IMG/VR virus record: IMGVR_UViG_3300044259_000172
Direction: 5' to 3' (one strand)
DNA: 64,000 nt
From: a virus
Lineage: Duplodnaviria > Heunggongvirae > Uroviricota > Caudoviricetes
The first letter of the stretch is position 1; each line of letters opens with the position of its first letter. The translations under genes and the position numbers were made by a program. Below are positions 9,871 to 18,871 of the stretch, piece after piece. Under the pieces are notes generated by a model, which searched no databases, was not told the DNA's origin, and saw nothing but the letters and a program-made list of their open reading frames with translations.

Positions 9871-9901
9871 ATTTATAGATCAATTCATAGAGAATGTAAA
9901 T
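9871..9901 (-). promoter_or_regulatory. T4-early-like sigma70 promoter (minus-sense TTTACA-17-TATAAA)
   Basis: read directly: tgtctaTTTACAttctctatgaattgatcTATAAAT about 40 bp upstream of ATG 9831. Confidence 0.5.
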
Positions 9902-9915
9902 AGACAAAATGAAAA

Positions 9916-11058
9916 TTATTCCATTCTTTTTCCAAAATGGAATTTCTTGATCACCCCAAATCTCAAAGCATCCGCAGACGTATATCCCTGAAATTTTACA
10001 GTGGCTTCTGTATTAATAATTTCATCTCTAGATTCAAAAATCTTTTTCAAGAAATCTTTTGTTCCTTTAATTCCAGATTTTGAAATAGTTCCTTTAGGGG
10101 TTCTAACTTTTGCAGATTTCGCAATTCCTTCCCAATTTCCTTTTCCTTCATTGATTTCCAAAATTTTCATTTCAGCATCAATAAAGGTTTTATGCTTTAG
10201 AAGATTATCAGATCTTCCGAAGGTATAAGGAGCAAAAGGATTTCTGAACATCATTCCTTCATAACCGGCTTCAAGATATCTCTCATGAATAATCTCTGGA
10301 TCTTCAATATCGATAGAGATAGTTTCTGATTTTACCAATCTTACGGTCTTCATTGGAATATTGTATTTAGTAAATACCTCAATGAGATATGATTCTCTTT
10401 CATCGAAAGACATATCTGGATGATCATGAACAATTACGTCATAAATATGGAACTGAACTTTTTCGCGAATTTCTTCAAGTGTAGGCTCAGGAATAGAACT
10501 AATTTTCTGCTTTTTAATAAAAGAAGAAAGTTGCTCAAAATCATCCTTAAATTCATGATTGTAGAGTTCCCCATCAAGAGTGATGTTTTCTTTTTCCGTA
10601 AGATCTCTGATTTCTTCAATAATATGGTCCGCTGTATAGAAGGGTTTACCTGCCCTGGATAAAGCTGAATTATGGTCAATAACTGATCTAATTCCGTCAA
10701 GCTTAGGTTGAGTTTTCCAGAAGAACATTTTTCGTTTAATAAATTTAGCTTTATCAAACTTATTAGCCAATTGGGGTTCTTGAAAATTACGTCTTCCAGC
10801 TGATTCTGGAGTTTCTGAGTATTTTTGCTCAAGTTTTTGTCGATATATGGATTTAATTTCCCGATCGGCTTGCTCTTCAGCAGTAGTGGAATTCGACTTA
10901 CCTTCGTTCTTGGCATAAGATGTTTTCCAATCAGATTGTACAATTGCCCCACCTAGGACACCTGAGTTTGCCCGAGTCTTGAAACCTTCACGTTCCATCC
11001 ACCAAACTCTTGTATTCCCATTCGAATCAATATTATAAAGCTTCTTATAAACTTCCAA
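9916..11058 (-). CDS. gp30: ATP-dependent DNA ligase (T4 gp30-type)
   Basis: KxDGxR motif (KLDGIR) and adenylation-domain pattern. Confidence 0.85.
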   Translation of the reverse strand: MEVYKKLYNIDSNGNTRVWWMEREGFKTRANSGVLGGAIVQSDWKTSYAKNEGKSNSTTAEEQADREIKSIYRQKLEQKYSETPESAGRRNFQEPQLANKFDKAKFIKRKMFFWKTQPKLDGIRSVIDHNSALSRAGKPFYTADHIIEEIRDLTEKENITLDGELYNHEFKDDFEQLSSFIKKQKISSIPEPTLEEIREKVQFHIYDVIVHDHPDMSFDERESYLIEVFTKYNIPMKTVRLVKSETISIDIEDPEIIHERYLEAGYEGMMFRNPFAPYTFGRSDNLLKHKTFIDAEMKILEINEGKGNWEGIAKSAKVRTPKGTISKSGIKGTKDFLKKIFESRDEIINTEATVKFQGYTSADALRFGVIKKFHFGKRME

Positions 11059-11083
11059 TTAATTTTATCCTTTTATTTCTATT

Positions 11084-11269
11084 TTAATTTTTTATATTGA
11101 ATTCTTCATTATAAAATTTTACAAGTTCAGATAAACATTGTAAAGCGGAAATATTATCAATTTGATTTGATGATCCACCATCTTCACTGAATTTAATAAT
11201 TTCATCCAAATCCCAACCATAATCAGAGAGAATTTTGTTCATCATTTCATAAAAATTTTCATTCATCAT
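11084..11269 (-). CDS. hypothetical acidic protein (61 aa)
   Basis: ORF; promoter-like motif TTTACA-17-TATAAG just upstream (11276-11304). Confidence 0.4.
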   Translation of the reverse strand: MMNENFYEMMNKILSDYGWDLDEIIKFSEDGGSSNQIDNISALQCLSELVKFYNEEFNIKN

Positions 11270-11275
11270 TATTTC

Positions 11276-11304
11276 CTTATATCATATCAATTTTAGAATG
11301 TAAA
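11276..11304 (-). promoter_or_regulatory. T4-early-like promoter (TTTACA-17-TATAAG)
   Basis: minus-sense aatTTACAttctaaaattgatatgaTATAAGgaaataATG. Confidence 0.45.
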
Positions 11305-11759
11305 TTACCATATTTTAAATTTGCTCTTAATTTTGTCAAAATTGAACAAAATTCTCTTTCGGTTAGAACTGTTTCAGATTCTTTTGAACTTCCTATGGAA
11401 TGAGTTAAAACTGAATCTTCTGAAGCTAATAGTGCTTTCTTGAACCCAGGATTGTCGCTGAGTGCAACATAAGCTCCGATCAATAGTTCTCTATATGCAG
11501 GAGAAGAACGTTTCATAGGAACCCCTTTCCACCAAAGAGTCTGAATCTTTTTCCAGGCTTTGTTTCTCTTTTTGCCTTTAAATTTTGCGGCTTTCCCTAC
11601 AAGTTTACAAACTTCAATTTGAATATGTTCTTTGTCATATTTGAGCGATTGTAAAAATCCTTCCATAGAAGCACATTCTACCCCATCAAACACAAAGGAG
11701 TGTGGGGCAAAATTTGACAAAGCATTTGAAGGATAAGAATTACCTGAACCTATATTCAT
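11277..11759 (-). CDS. NADAR/YbiA-family protein (DUF1768; ADP-ribose-processing N-glycosidase family)
   Basis: motifs LSNFAPHSFVFDGVECASMEGFLQSLKY and ALLASEDSVLTHS align to YbiA FSNFA...DG...SEHYFQAQKF ... ALLLAT...LVEH. Confidence 0.65.
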   Translation of the reverse strand: MNIGSGNSYPSNALSNFAPHSFVFDGVECASMEGFLQSLKYDKEHIQIEVCKLVGKAAKFKGKKRNKAWKKIQTLWWKGVPMKRSSPAYRELLIGAYVALSDNPGFKKALLASEDSVLTHSIGSSKESETVLTEREFCSILTKLRANLKYGNLHSKIDMI

Positions 11760-11768
11760 TTGAGGGAA

Positions 11769-12257
11769 TTATCTCCGCTTAAGATTTTCGATCAATTCAG
11801 AAGTAGTCTGATCCCAATCTTTAAATAGAATTCCAATACCACCAGCTTCTCTCCATGGATTGATATTTTTAATGAAATCGTCAATCAAAATATCAAAAGG
11901 ATTTTGCATAAAATTTTTCTTACACTTCCCACTATTCATAGGAAGAACAAGATAATCCTTTTCAGAAAATTCTCTACGAATTGCCTTAATTTTTTGCTTT
12001 GCGATATAATCATAATTTTGGATTGGACAAGCGGTCAAGAAGATTGGTTCAAACCCAGAATTTTCAATAAATTGAATTCCTTCAATGGCACCTTTAATCA
12101 AAGGAAGATCATAGAAAAATTCATTCTCATGAGAATGAATATAATTCCAAAGTTCAGAATCTGTCACTTTTGTAGGATGAGATCCAAAACATTCTTCGAA
12201 ATGTTTATCGAAATCAAACATTACTCCATCAAGATCTACAAAAATTCTTTTCGCCAT
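11769..12257 (-). CDS. HAD-superfamily 5'(3')-deoxyribonucleotidase
   Basis: N-terminal VDLDGVMFDF (DxDGV) motif and size typical of NT5C-like deoxynucleotidases. Confidence 0.65.
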   Translation of the reverse strand: MAKRIFVDLDGVMFDFDKHFEECFGSHPTKVTDSELWNYIHSHENEFFYDLPLIKGAIEGIQFIENSGFEPIFLTACPIQNYDYIAKQKIKAIRREFSEKDYLVLPMNSGKCKKNFMQNPFDILIDDFIKNINPWREAGGIGILFKDWDQTTSELIENLKRR

Positions 12258-12700
12258 TATTCAATATATCCTTTGATCTTTTCTATAAATTTTTGAGCCT
12301 GATCAGAACTAACTGAAAATTCTTCTTTAATAATATTCATTATTTCAGAAATATTGTCATTGTATTTTCCTTCAATCCTGATAGATTTAGATGACTTAAC
12401 TGTAACGATCAAATCCCCATCATCATTTCCAATTTCTACAGAAATATCATCTTGATCAAAAATATCATCATCAATAATTCTAATAAGAGTTTGCCATCCA
12501 TCCACGGAATCGAAAAATACTTTTATCCTAAGACAATCATTAATTCTAAATGTCTCATTTGTATAAAATTCATCTTCAAACAAATATGCTGATGATGAAT
12601 TTTTAACTTCCTTCAGGCGTGTTTCAATAATATCATCAGATCTTGTGCGAATATTTAAAACATATGTTGTCATTTTTCTTCTTTCTAATTTATAAACCAT
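12257..12700 (-). CDS. hypothetical protein (147 aa)
   Basis: ORF track, operon packing. Confidence 0.45.
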   Translation of the reverse strand: MVYKLERRKMTTYVLNIRTRSDDIIETRLKEVKNSSSAYLFEDEFYTNETFRINDCLRIKVFFDSVDGWQTLIRIIDDDIFDQDDISVEIGNDDGDLIVTVKSSKSIRIEGKYNDNISEIMNIIKEEFSVSSDQAQKFIEKIKGYIE

Positions 12701-12957
12701 TCGAAAAAACTAATAAATTGTTCATCAATCTTTTCGAATAAAGTAAGTTCAATAAAATCAAAATATGAACTATTTCCTTTTAAACAAAATCCTTCTAAAG
12801 TAAATACCCCATTTTCAAGAAATTCAATTTCAAAACTAAATCTCATTGAGGAAAAATGGACAACAAAAGAATTTTCACTTTCCTGTATTTTATGAAATGG
12901 AATTAAGAATGGAAATAATCTTAGTATTTCATTTAATTCCTGATTTTTTTGATTCAT
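12685..12957 (-). CDS. hypothetical protein (90 aa)
   Basis: ORF track. Confidence 0.4.
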   Translation of the reverse strand: MNQKNQELNEILRLFPFLIPFHKIQESENSFVVHFSSMRFSFEIEFLENGVFTLEGFCLKGNSSYFDFIELTLFEKIDEQFISFFEWFIN

Positions 12958-13195
12958 TATTTGAATTGATGATTGAGGTTACATTAATTTTTAGAGAACA
13001 ATTGCAACAATAAATTGAGGCAATTGTATCAGGATCTTGGATTGACGTTTCATTATAAATTACATCGGCATGAGTAAATTCAAGCCCTGCTGAACATCTA
13101 GAACATTCCACAAAATAGTTAGTAGGAGGAGATATAATTTTCATTTTAATTAAAATCCTTTTTATTTTTAGAATACTTTGATGCAATTGGATCAC
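12929..13195 (-). CDS. hypothetical protein with CxxC...CCxC zinc-ribbon-like cysteines
   Basis: ECSRCSAGLEF ... CCNCSLK. Confidence 0.4.
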   Translation of the reverse strand: MIQLHQSILKIKRILIKMKIISPPTNYFVECSRCSAGLEFTHADVIYNETSIQDPDTIASIYCCNCSLKINVTSIINSNNESKKSGIK

Positions 13196-13355
13196 CTACA
13201 GTATTGAGATCAAATTCTGGCCATTCTTTTGCCAAAACTTCCCATTCTCCATGTGTCCAACATCTAAGAAAGGTAGAAGCTTCAACTCCTTGAGAAATGG
13301 CAAATTCAATCGCAGAATTAAAAGCTGTCCGCATCGATTCAATATTTTTATTCAT
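13146..13355 (-). CDS. hypothetical protein (69 aa)
   Basis: ORF track. Confidence 0.4.
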   Translation of the reverse strand: MNKNIESMRTAFNSAIEFAISQGVEASTFLRCWTHGEWEVLAKEWPEFDLNTVGDPIASKYSKNKKDFN

Positions 13356-13369
13356 TGAAACCTCTTATT

Positions 13370-13573
13370 TTAAGAAATTGAAGAAGAGATCTGGATAACT
13401 TTTTCAGGAGGATTTTTAAAAACCAACATCGATTCAACATAAAGATTATATTGAATACCTGCTTCTGACATATGTTTCATATATCCATGAATATCTCCAA
13501 TGGCAATAGCTAGCTCTGCCAAAGAGCAATAATACATATATTTTTCCCAAAGAGTTTCTGATTCTTTATTCAT
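13370..13573 (-). CDS. hypothetical protein (67 aa)
   Basis: ORF track. Confidence 0.4.
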   Translation of the reverse strand: MNKESETLWEKYMYYCSLAELAIAIGDIHGYMKHMSEAGIQYNLYVESMLVFKNPPEKVIQISSSIS

Positions 13574-13881
13574 CCTACAATAATCTCCTTGATAATTTCC
13601 TTGAAATATTTAGAAACTTTTTTAGGATTTGTTTCAGAAAAAATTACTTCACGAAATCCATCAACTGTAAAAATTTTAATAGTAATAATAGAGAGCGTAA
13701 TATCCCAAAGCTCTTCTGCCAATTTTTTAGAAAATGAATTCAATTCCTTAATTTCAAATTCATCAATATCCCTAATAGATGTTTCTCCATCTTCATATTT
13801 TTCAATAATAACAAGACGAAGATAATTTGGATCATCCATTACTTTTTCAAAAAGAATTTCGATATTAACCTTAGTGACCAT
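13570..13881 (-). CDS. hypothetical protein (103 aa)
   Basis: ORF track; 4-bp overlap with downstream gene. Confidence 0.45.
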   Translation of the reverse strand: MVTKVNIEILFEKVMDDPNYLRLVIIEKYEDGETSIRDIDEFEIKELNSFSKKLAEELWDITLSIITIKIFTVDGFREVIFSETNPKKVSKYFKEIIKEIIVG

Positions 13882-14032
13882 GGCGATAATCTTTCCTTTT
13901 ATAAGACCCTTTCCCCTTTTTAGGGGAAATGATTTTATTTTTGAAAATCTTCATATTAAGAGCTTTAGCATGAAGATTATGATTTTGTTTATGTTTTACT
14001 TTTAACACAATCTTCATTTGATGTACACCCTT

Positions 14033-14392
14033 TTATTTGAATCTATCTAAAATAATATTCTTCGTATTTGATTTACCCGTTTTAATAAAAACTTCATATT
14101 TTTCGTCAATAAATTTTTGAAGTTTTTTCCAATATTTTCCTTTGAAGAAAATAAAATTTCTATCAGGTCTAATTTCAATAGATTCATATCCACTCAGGTC
14201 ATAGCAATAAAATGAAGAAATTTTAAACTTTTTCATTATAGCCCAATTAGTAAAAATTGAAATCTTTGAATTTTTAATTTCTGCTTGTAAACAATTTCGA
14301 TATTCACAGAAATCTTTATATGAACAAGTTATTTTAAAATCCGAAATTATATTTTCATAAATCTTTTTATCTATGATAACCGATCTTGACAT
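14033..14392 (-). CDS. hypothetical protein (119 aa)
   Basis: ORF track. Confidence 0.45.
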   Translation of the reverse strand: MSRSVIIDKKIYENIISDFKITCSYKDFCEYRNCLQAEIKNSKISIFTNWAIMKKFKISSFYCYDLSGYESIEIRPDRNFIFFKGKYWKKLQKFIDEKYEVFIKTGKSNTKNIILDRFK

Positions 14393-14398
14393 AAAATA

Positions 14399-14788
14399 TC
14401 ATTCCTTCTTCAAATTTTCTACGATGAATTTGTCGATGATTTCAGGGGATTCTTTTACTTTAAGAATATTTGAAATATTTTTCTTCAATTCCTTTTCAAT
14501 TCTCATAAAATTGAAAGATTTGAAACCTCGATAAAATGGAATAATCTTAAAAGAAATTCTTTCCATTTTATCATAAATTTTAATTTCTTTCAATTTATTC
14601 TTTTTCCAACAATAATATAATCTTAGAAAGAATCGATTTGTATCGGGCAAATCGATTGAAATATCATTACTTCTTGAATGTACATCGTAATCTCTCAATT
14701 TATCCATATAAGAAATAATGGTCGAAGTTAGATCATTAGAAGGAAAGGGAATATCCCTATTTGGATATCTTGAAATCTTAAAAGTCAT
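14399..14788 (-). CDS. hypothetical protein (start revised to ATG at 14788; ORF-track 14950 start overlaps neighbour by 172 bp)
   Basis: internal Met gives 11-nt overlap with upstream stop, consistent with packing. Confidence 0.4.
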   Translation of the reverse strand: MTFKISRYPNRDIPFPSNDLTSTIISYMDKLRDYDVHSRSNDISIDLPDTNRFFLRLYYCWKKNKLKEIKIYDKMERISFKIIPFYRGFKSFNFMRIEKELKKNISNILKVKESPEIIDKFIVENLKKE

Positions 14789-15026
14789 TATTGCTAAATT
14801 CCTTATAAAGTTTCTGAATGGCCTGATCCTTTGTAGTGGCTCGGCCTCGCTTACTATTTTTAAAATGTCTATATCGAGTTTCATATCCCCATTTATTTTT
14901 GGAAATTTGCCAAATTTTTCCAATATCATCAGGATTTTTATAACTTCCATATCTCAAAAATTTATAAGGATAATAAATGAGAGTTTCAAACTTGCGATCG
15001 AATTTCACTCTGAATGTATTATTCAT
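14778..15026 (-). CDS. hypothetical basic protein (start revised to ATG at 15026, MNNTFRVKF)
   Basis: 8-bp overlap with stop of 15019..15492. Confidence 0.4.
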   Translation of the reverse strand: MNNTFRVKFDRKFETLIYYPYKFLRYGSYKNPDDIGKIWQISKNKWGYETRYRHFKNSKRGRATTKDQAIQKLYKEFSNNDF

Positions 15027-15492
15027 ATTCAATTTCCTCTGAATCAAAATCCCCATCTGCATCATCAAATGAGTCATCTTCATTAATGAAAGTATTACAG
15101 ATTATAGCTCCATCCCAATTTCCATCTTTAATATAAACTGGAACTTTAGAATAAACTTCAAATGAAGATCCTTCGATACCAAAATCAAACATTTCAACCA
15201 ATTCAAAAGGAATAATTGAAAGAGTCCCAGAATCGACATCTACATTTTTATATTTTCCGTCAATAGAAATTGATAGATATGAACCATCTCCAAAAGCCGT
15301 ACTTGAATAGATTAAAGGATATTCTTTTCCGGAGAAAGCTAAAACAATTTTTCCTGATGTCTCAAGGGCTGAACATAAAATATCCCAATTATCGCCAGAG
15401 AAAATATAACAAGGATCTACAAATATATACTTTCCTGGTTCAATAAAAAATTCATTACCATTATCATTACTTACGATTACAATTTCCGACAT
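15019..15492 (-). CDS. hypothetical acidic protein (157 aa)
   Basis: ORF; promoter-like motif upstream. Confidence 0.45.
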   Translation of the reverse strand: MSEIVIVSNDNGNEFFIEPGKYIFVDPCYIFSGDNWDILCSALETSGKIVLAFSGKEYPLIYSSTAFGDGSYLSISIDGKYKNVDVDSGTLSIIPFELVEMFDFGIEGSSFEVYSKVPVYIKDGNWDGAIICNTFINEDDSFDDADGDFDSEEIEYE

Positions 15493-15518
15493 TTCAATTC
15501 TCCACTATTCTAGAATAT

Positions 15519-15547
15519 TTTATACATTAAAATTATTAGAATGTAAA
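15519..15547 (-). promoter_or_regulatory. T4-early-like promoter (ATTTACA-17-TATAAA)
   Basis: minus-sense gaATTTACAttctaataattttaatgTATAAAatattctagaatagtggagaattgaaATG. Confidence 0.45.
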
Positions 15548-15886
15548 TTCATATTCAGAACAAAAATGTTTTCCCTTTGAACCAATATGTTGATTTAATT
15601 CATCTATAAATTGTTTCATAAACTTTTTGGCTTGAGCATCTGAATTGAATTCAAATTTGTCCCAATCCCGATCATACCAAATATAAACTCGAGCAAGATA
15701 ATACCCATATTCACGCTTTGGCTTCAATGTAGGCTTTCCGAGAAGTTTCCTGAAAAAATTTCTAATAGGATATTTCAGAATTCCTTTTCCTCGGCTTCCA
15801 GGTTTCCAATTAATAGATCGAATTTTGGAAATATTTACAAACTCATTTGAATTTGCAATTCTACAAAAAGGATTATAATCAGTCAT
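15536..15886 (-). CDS. hypothetical protein (116 aa)
   Basis: ORF track; start overlaps stop of small upstream ORF (ATGACTGA). Confidence 0.45.
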   Translation of the reverse strand: MTDYNPFCRIANSNEFVNISKIRSINWKPGSRGKGILKYPIRNFFRKLLGKPTLKPKREYGYYLARVYIWYDRDWDKFEFNSDAQAKKFMKQFIDELNQHIGSKGKHFCSEYEFTF

Positions 15887-16040
15887 CTTCTACTTCACCT
15901 AACAATTCTCTGGCAAAATCGATACCTTCCCAATTATCAACTCCTGCATTTTCAAGAGCATCCAACCAATCAAGTTGTTCCTTGATATCATCCCACTCTT
16001 CTTTTGTTAGAGTTCTTGATTTATCTTCATGTATAATCAT
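15883..16040 (-). CDS. small hypothetical protein (52 aa, MIIHEDKSRTLTKEEWDDIKEQLDWLDALENAGVDNWEGIDFARELLGEVEDD), missed by ORF track
   Basis: hand translation; stop overlaps next start in ATGA fashion. Confidence 0.45.
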
Positions 16041-16068
16041 TTCAAAATCCTCTTAATTGATAAAATAT

Positions 16069-16100
16069 TAGGGGTGATTCAATTTAAAGAATCACCCCTA
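16069..16100 (-). terminator. rho-independent terminator (12-bp stem taggggtgattc/gaatcaccccta)
   Basis: perfect inverted repeat directly after stop of RNA ligase gene, followed by T-rich run on minus strand. Confidence 0.6.
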
Positions 16101-16106
16101 AATGAG

Positions 16107-17162
16107 TTATATGCTCAATTCCAAAACTTCAGTCTGAATTCTCTTTTGAAAATAAGAGACTGCAATATTGTTTACATATTTTGCAATAGTTTTCCAATCC
16201 TTGCCATTATCTTCCATTTCAGCCAAACATTCTTTTTGGACATCTCCTGCTACCCATTTCAAGAAGCTAGAAACTTCCTTCATGGTAAGAGGAATAGTTC
16301 CATTTTCAGAAACTACATCATATCCTTGGGACAACCTGGCATCAGTAACAAGACTCTGAGCAAATTCAGCATTTTCGGACATCTTTTCAGTATTCACATT
16401 AACTGCCTTGGCAGATTTTGTCGTACGATGAGCTTCACACTTTGCCTTAAAAATATAATGCTCTGAATAGGAAAGTCGATCATAAAATACCAGACCTTCG
16501 CCAGGACCTTCAATACCAAATTTATCCTTGATATAAGGATCAACATCTCCAATTTCTTCAATCAAAGGATTAACTAGATTGAGGAAATCTTCAACATTCT
16601 TTATATTGAACAAATCAATATCGAAATCATTTTCAAAGAACCATGGAAGAATGTGAATTCGATTCTTTGAACGTTCATCGATATATTTGAACAATTCTTC
16701 CAAATTGTCACTGATTTCATTTGGTTCAATAATATAAGATCGCGTATAAGAATCTGGATACAAACTATCCTCAATAGAGAAGATAAAGAAAGACTTTTGC
16801 TCAATCATTGAACACCCAGCATTCTTTTGAATTCCAGGACCTGCCCATTCTCCATGAACAACATGACCTTCGAGGAAATGTTTTGCGTATGGGTTCAACA
16901 TTTCCCATGCAGGCTTAATTACAACTTCTACCCATTGAGCAAATCCAAAATTATCAGATTCGACACTCAAAAGTCGAGTTCGTCCCTGGGCAACAGGCCC
17001 ATTAGATGTAAAGAGAATTCCAGCATTAGTTCCATGCAATTTGATTTTTGCATTATAACTCACATTATGAGTATGAGTCTCAGGCTTAAAGATATCAAAA
17101 TGCTTCTTTACGGAACGATACATGTTCGTAAAATTGTCGATGTCCATCCATTTTTTATGCAT
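16107..17162 (-). CDS. rnl2: RNA ligase, T4 Rnl2 family
   Basis: motif I KLHGTN (KxHGxN) and HGEWAGPGIQKN matching T4 Rnl2 FGEFAGPGIQKN. Confidence 0.8.
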   Translation of the reverse strand: MHKKWMDIDNFTNMYRSVKKHFDIFKPETHTHNVSYNAKIKLHGTNAGILFTSNGPVAQGRTRLLSVESDNFGFAQWVEVVIKPAWEMLNPYAKHFLEGHVVHGEWAGPGIQKNAGCSMIEQKSFFIFSIEDSLYPDSYTRSYIIEPNEISDNLEELFKYIDERSKNRIHILPWFFENDFDIDLFNIKNVEDFLNLVNPLIEEIGDVDPYIKDKFGIEGPGEGLVFYDRLSYSEHYIFKAKCEAHRTTKSAKAVNVNTEKMSENAEFAQSLVTDARLSQGYDVVSENGTIPLTMKEVSSFLKWVAGDVQKECLAEMEDNGKDWKTIAKYVNNIAVSYFQKRIQTEVLELSI

Positions 17163-17184
17163 AAATTTTTCCTATATGTTAGAG

Positions 17185-17370
17185 TTAAATCAGCTTCTTA
17201 ATTTCAAAATTGAGATTTTCATTCAGACGAGACTTCTGATCTGAAGCTTCAAGAGCTTCATCAAAATATCCTTTATTCACCAAAAATTCACGAGAATCAT
17301 CAAGTTGAATGATGATGTCCTTTACTTTAAGAATTTCTTCCTGAAAAACAATTTCTGTATTTGCGAACAT
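17185..17370 (-). CDS. hypothetical protein (61 aa)
   Basis: ORF track. Confidence 0.4.
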   Translation of the reverse strand: MFANTEIVFQEEILKVKDIIIQLDDSREFLVNKGYFDEALEASDQKSRLNENLNFEIKKLI

Positions 17371-17423
17371 TTTAGAGACTTTCTATTTTCTCGTTGTTGA
17401 TGTATTTTTTATAAACTAGAATA

Positions 17424-18566
17424 TCAATGATGTACATACGTAGGATTTAAAAATTCAAAATAATTCTTTATATCCTCATAATTTAATTCATAATCAAATT
17501 TACACCACAATTGTTCCATTGCTTTAATCACTTCCCCTAATTCCTTTGAAGGTTTCAGATTGAAATCTTCCATAACCCTCTCAGCCTTCACAGGAGACGG
17601 ATTTTTAGGAAGATGAAAGTAACCAAACATCCTAAAATCGATAGTCCTGGCAATGTCATACATGATAGGACCATATTTAAATAAGATATAATTTGGATGC
17701 TCAGTTGTAGTTTCCAAAATATCAATCAATTCCAAAGTTTTATTTTCTACTTTAGACAATTTGAGATTTCGAATTTGATTCTTCGAAAGCCCCATAGAAT
17801 AAAGAGTCAGAACTGGATGATCTGGAAAATGAATCATTTTTTCATAATTCAACTCTTTCCCAAAAATTTCTTTAGAAACTCCTGTATAATTCATATGATG
17901 AAAAATCAATTTGTTTAATTTATTCAATTTCATCGAATTCATTTTCCAAATTTCTGAATGGATTCTTTCTTTGGAAATCATAGACAAAGATTTTGAATGT
18001 TTTGAAATGATATCCAAAACATCTTGGTCGATTTTAAAATCTTGATATTTCACACAAAATCTGAAAAATCTAAGAATGCGAAGATAATCTTCCTGGATAC
18101 GGTCTTCTGGATTTCCAATAAAGACTACCTTTTTATTCTGAAGATCTTGAATTCCTCCAAAATAATCATAGATATTTCCTTCAGAATCCATAGAAAGAGC
18201 ATTAAATGTAAAATCTCTACGAGAAGCATCAACCTCCCAATCTTCAACAAATCTCACTTCTGCGTGGCGGCCATCTGTTTCAACATCCGCTCGAAGAGTA
18301 GTGATTTCAAATGATTCATCATTAAAGGTAACAGTAACTGTTCCATGTTGAAGCCCTGTAGGAGCAAAGGACAATCCCACTGCTTCCGCAATATCCTTAA
18401 TATTGTCAGGAAAGGCTGTCGTGGCAATATCAATATCATTTACAATTGTTCCGGAAATTGCATCCCTTACACAACCTCCTACCAATCTGGCTTGATAACC
18501 AAAATGATTAATCAATTTTAAAATTGAGATCGCATTTTTGAAATTTTCAGGAATTTCGATTTTCAT
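17424..18566 (-). CDS. cca: tRNA nucleotidyltransferase (CCA-adding enzyme / poly(A) polymerase head-domain family); start revised to ATG 18566
   Basis: LVGGCVRDAISG...DIDIATTA motif (GGxVRD...DxD); RBS AGGA before ATG 18566; a hairpin lies inside the ORF-track N-terminal extension. Confidence 0.75.
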   Translation of the reverse strand: MKIEIPENFKNAISILKLINHFGYQARLVGGCVRDAISGTIVNDIDIATTAFPDNIKDIAEAVGLSFAPTGLQHGTVTVTFNDESFEITTLRADVETDGRHAEVRFVEDWEVDASRRDFTFNALSMDSEGNIYDYFGGIQDLQNKKVVFIGNPEDRIQEDYLRILRFFRFCVKYQDFKIDQDVLDIISKHSKSLSMISKERIHSEIWKMNSMKLNKLNKLIFHHMNYTGVSKEIFGKELNYEKMIHFPDHPVLTLYSMGLSKNQIRNLKLSKVENKTLELIDILETTTEHPNYILFKYGPIMYDIARTIDFRMFGYFHLPKNPSPVKAERVMEDFNLKPSKELGEVIKAMEQLWCKFDYELNYEDIKNYFEFLNPTYVHH

Positions 18567-18634
18567 GGGATATTTTCCTATTTTAGAAATGATTATGGGT
18601 TCAGTATATACTGAACCCATTTCTCTGTACATAT

Positions 18635-18853
18635 TTAAATCAAAAAATTTATGAAAGCTAATGATGTAATATATGATTGGATAATACACATTATAAAGAT
18701 TAATACGTAAATTACTTGCACTATTAGATTTTTTTCATCTAATTCAATTTGTTTCGAAACGTATTTTGACACAACATTTGCAATAGCACAGGAATAACAA
18801 ATTATATAGACGACTAAAAGGATACTTATTATATAATGAGCCGCTGTGATCAT
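18635..18853 (-). CDS. possible small hydrophobic membrane protein (72 aa)
   Basis: ORF track; two hydrophobic stretches; could be artefact. Confidence 0.3.
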   Translation of the reverse strand: MITAAHYIISILLVVYIICYSCAIANVVSKYVSKQIELDEKNLIVQVIYVLIFIMCIIQSYITSLAFINFLI

Positions 18854-18871
18854 AATTTAGTTTCCAATCTA

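Noticed and set aside
10434-10952. Minus-strand ORFs nested in other frames of strong genes (10434..10952 in ligase, 6409..6672 and 8381..8602 in fiber, 16601..16804, 18254..18439, 22898..23110, 23816..24031, 25938..26129, 36833..37021, 41472..41741, 50651..50848, 52081..52284, 52972..53157, 55628..56073)
   Set aside because: Alternative-frame overlaps with genes that have clear homology; they are compositional artefacts.
17424-18689. ORF-track N-terminal extension of the CCA-enzyme gene (start 18689)
   Set aside because: The extension is hydrophobic junk containing a hairpin. ATG at 18566 has an AGGA RBS and begins the conserved domain. Similar N-terminal trimming was applied to 597..839, 14399..14950, 14778..15083, 23393..23806, 28010..28258, 34371..34667 and 47642..48556.
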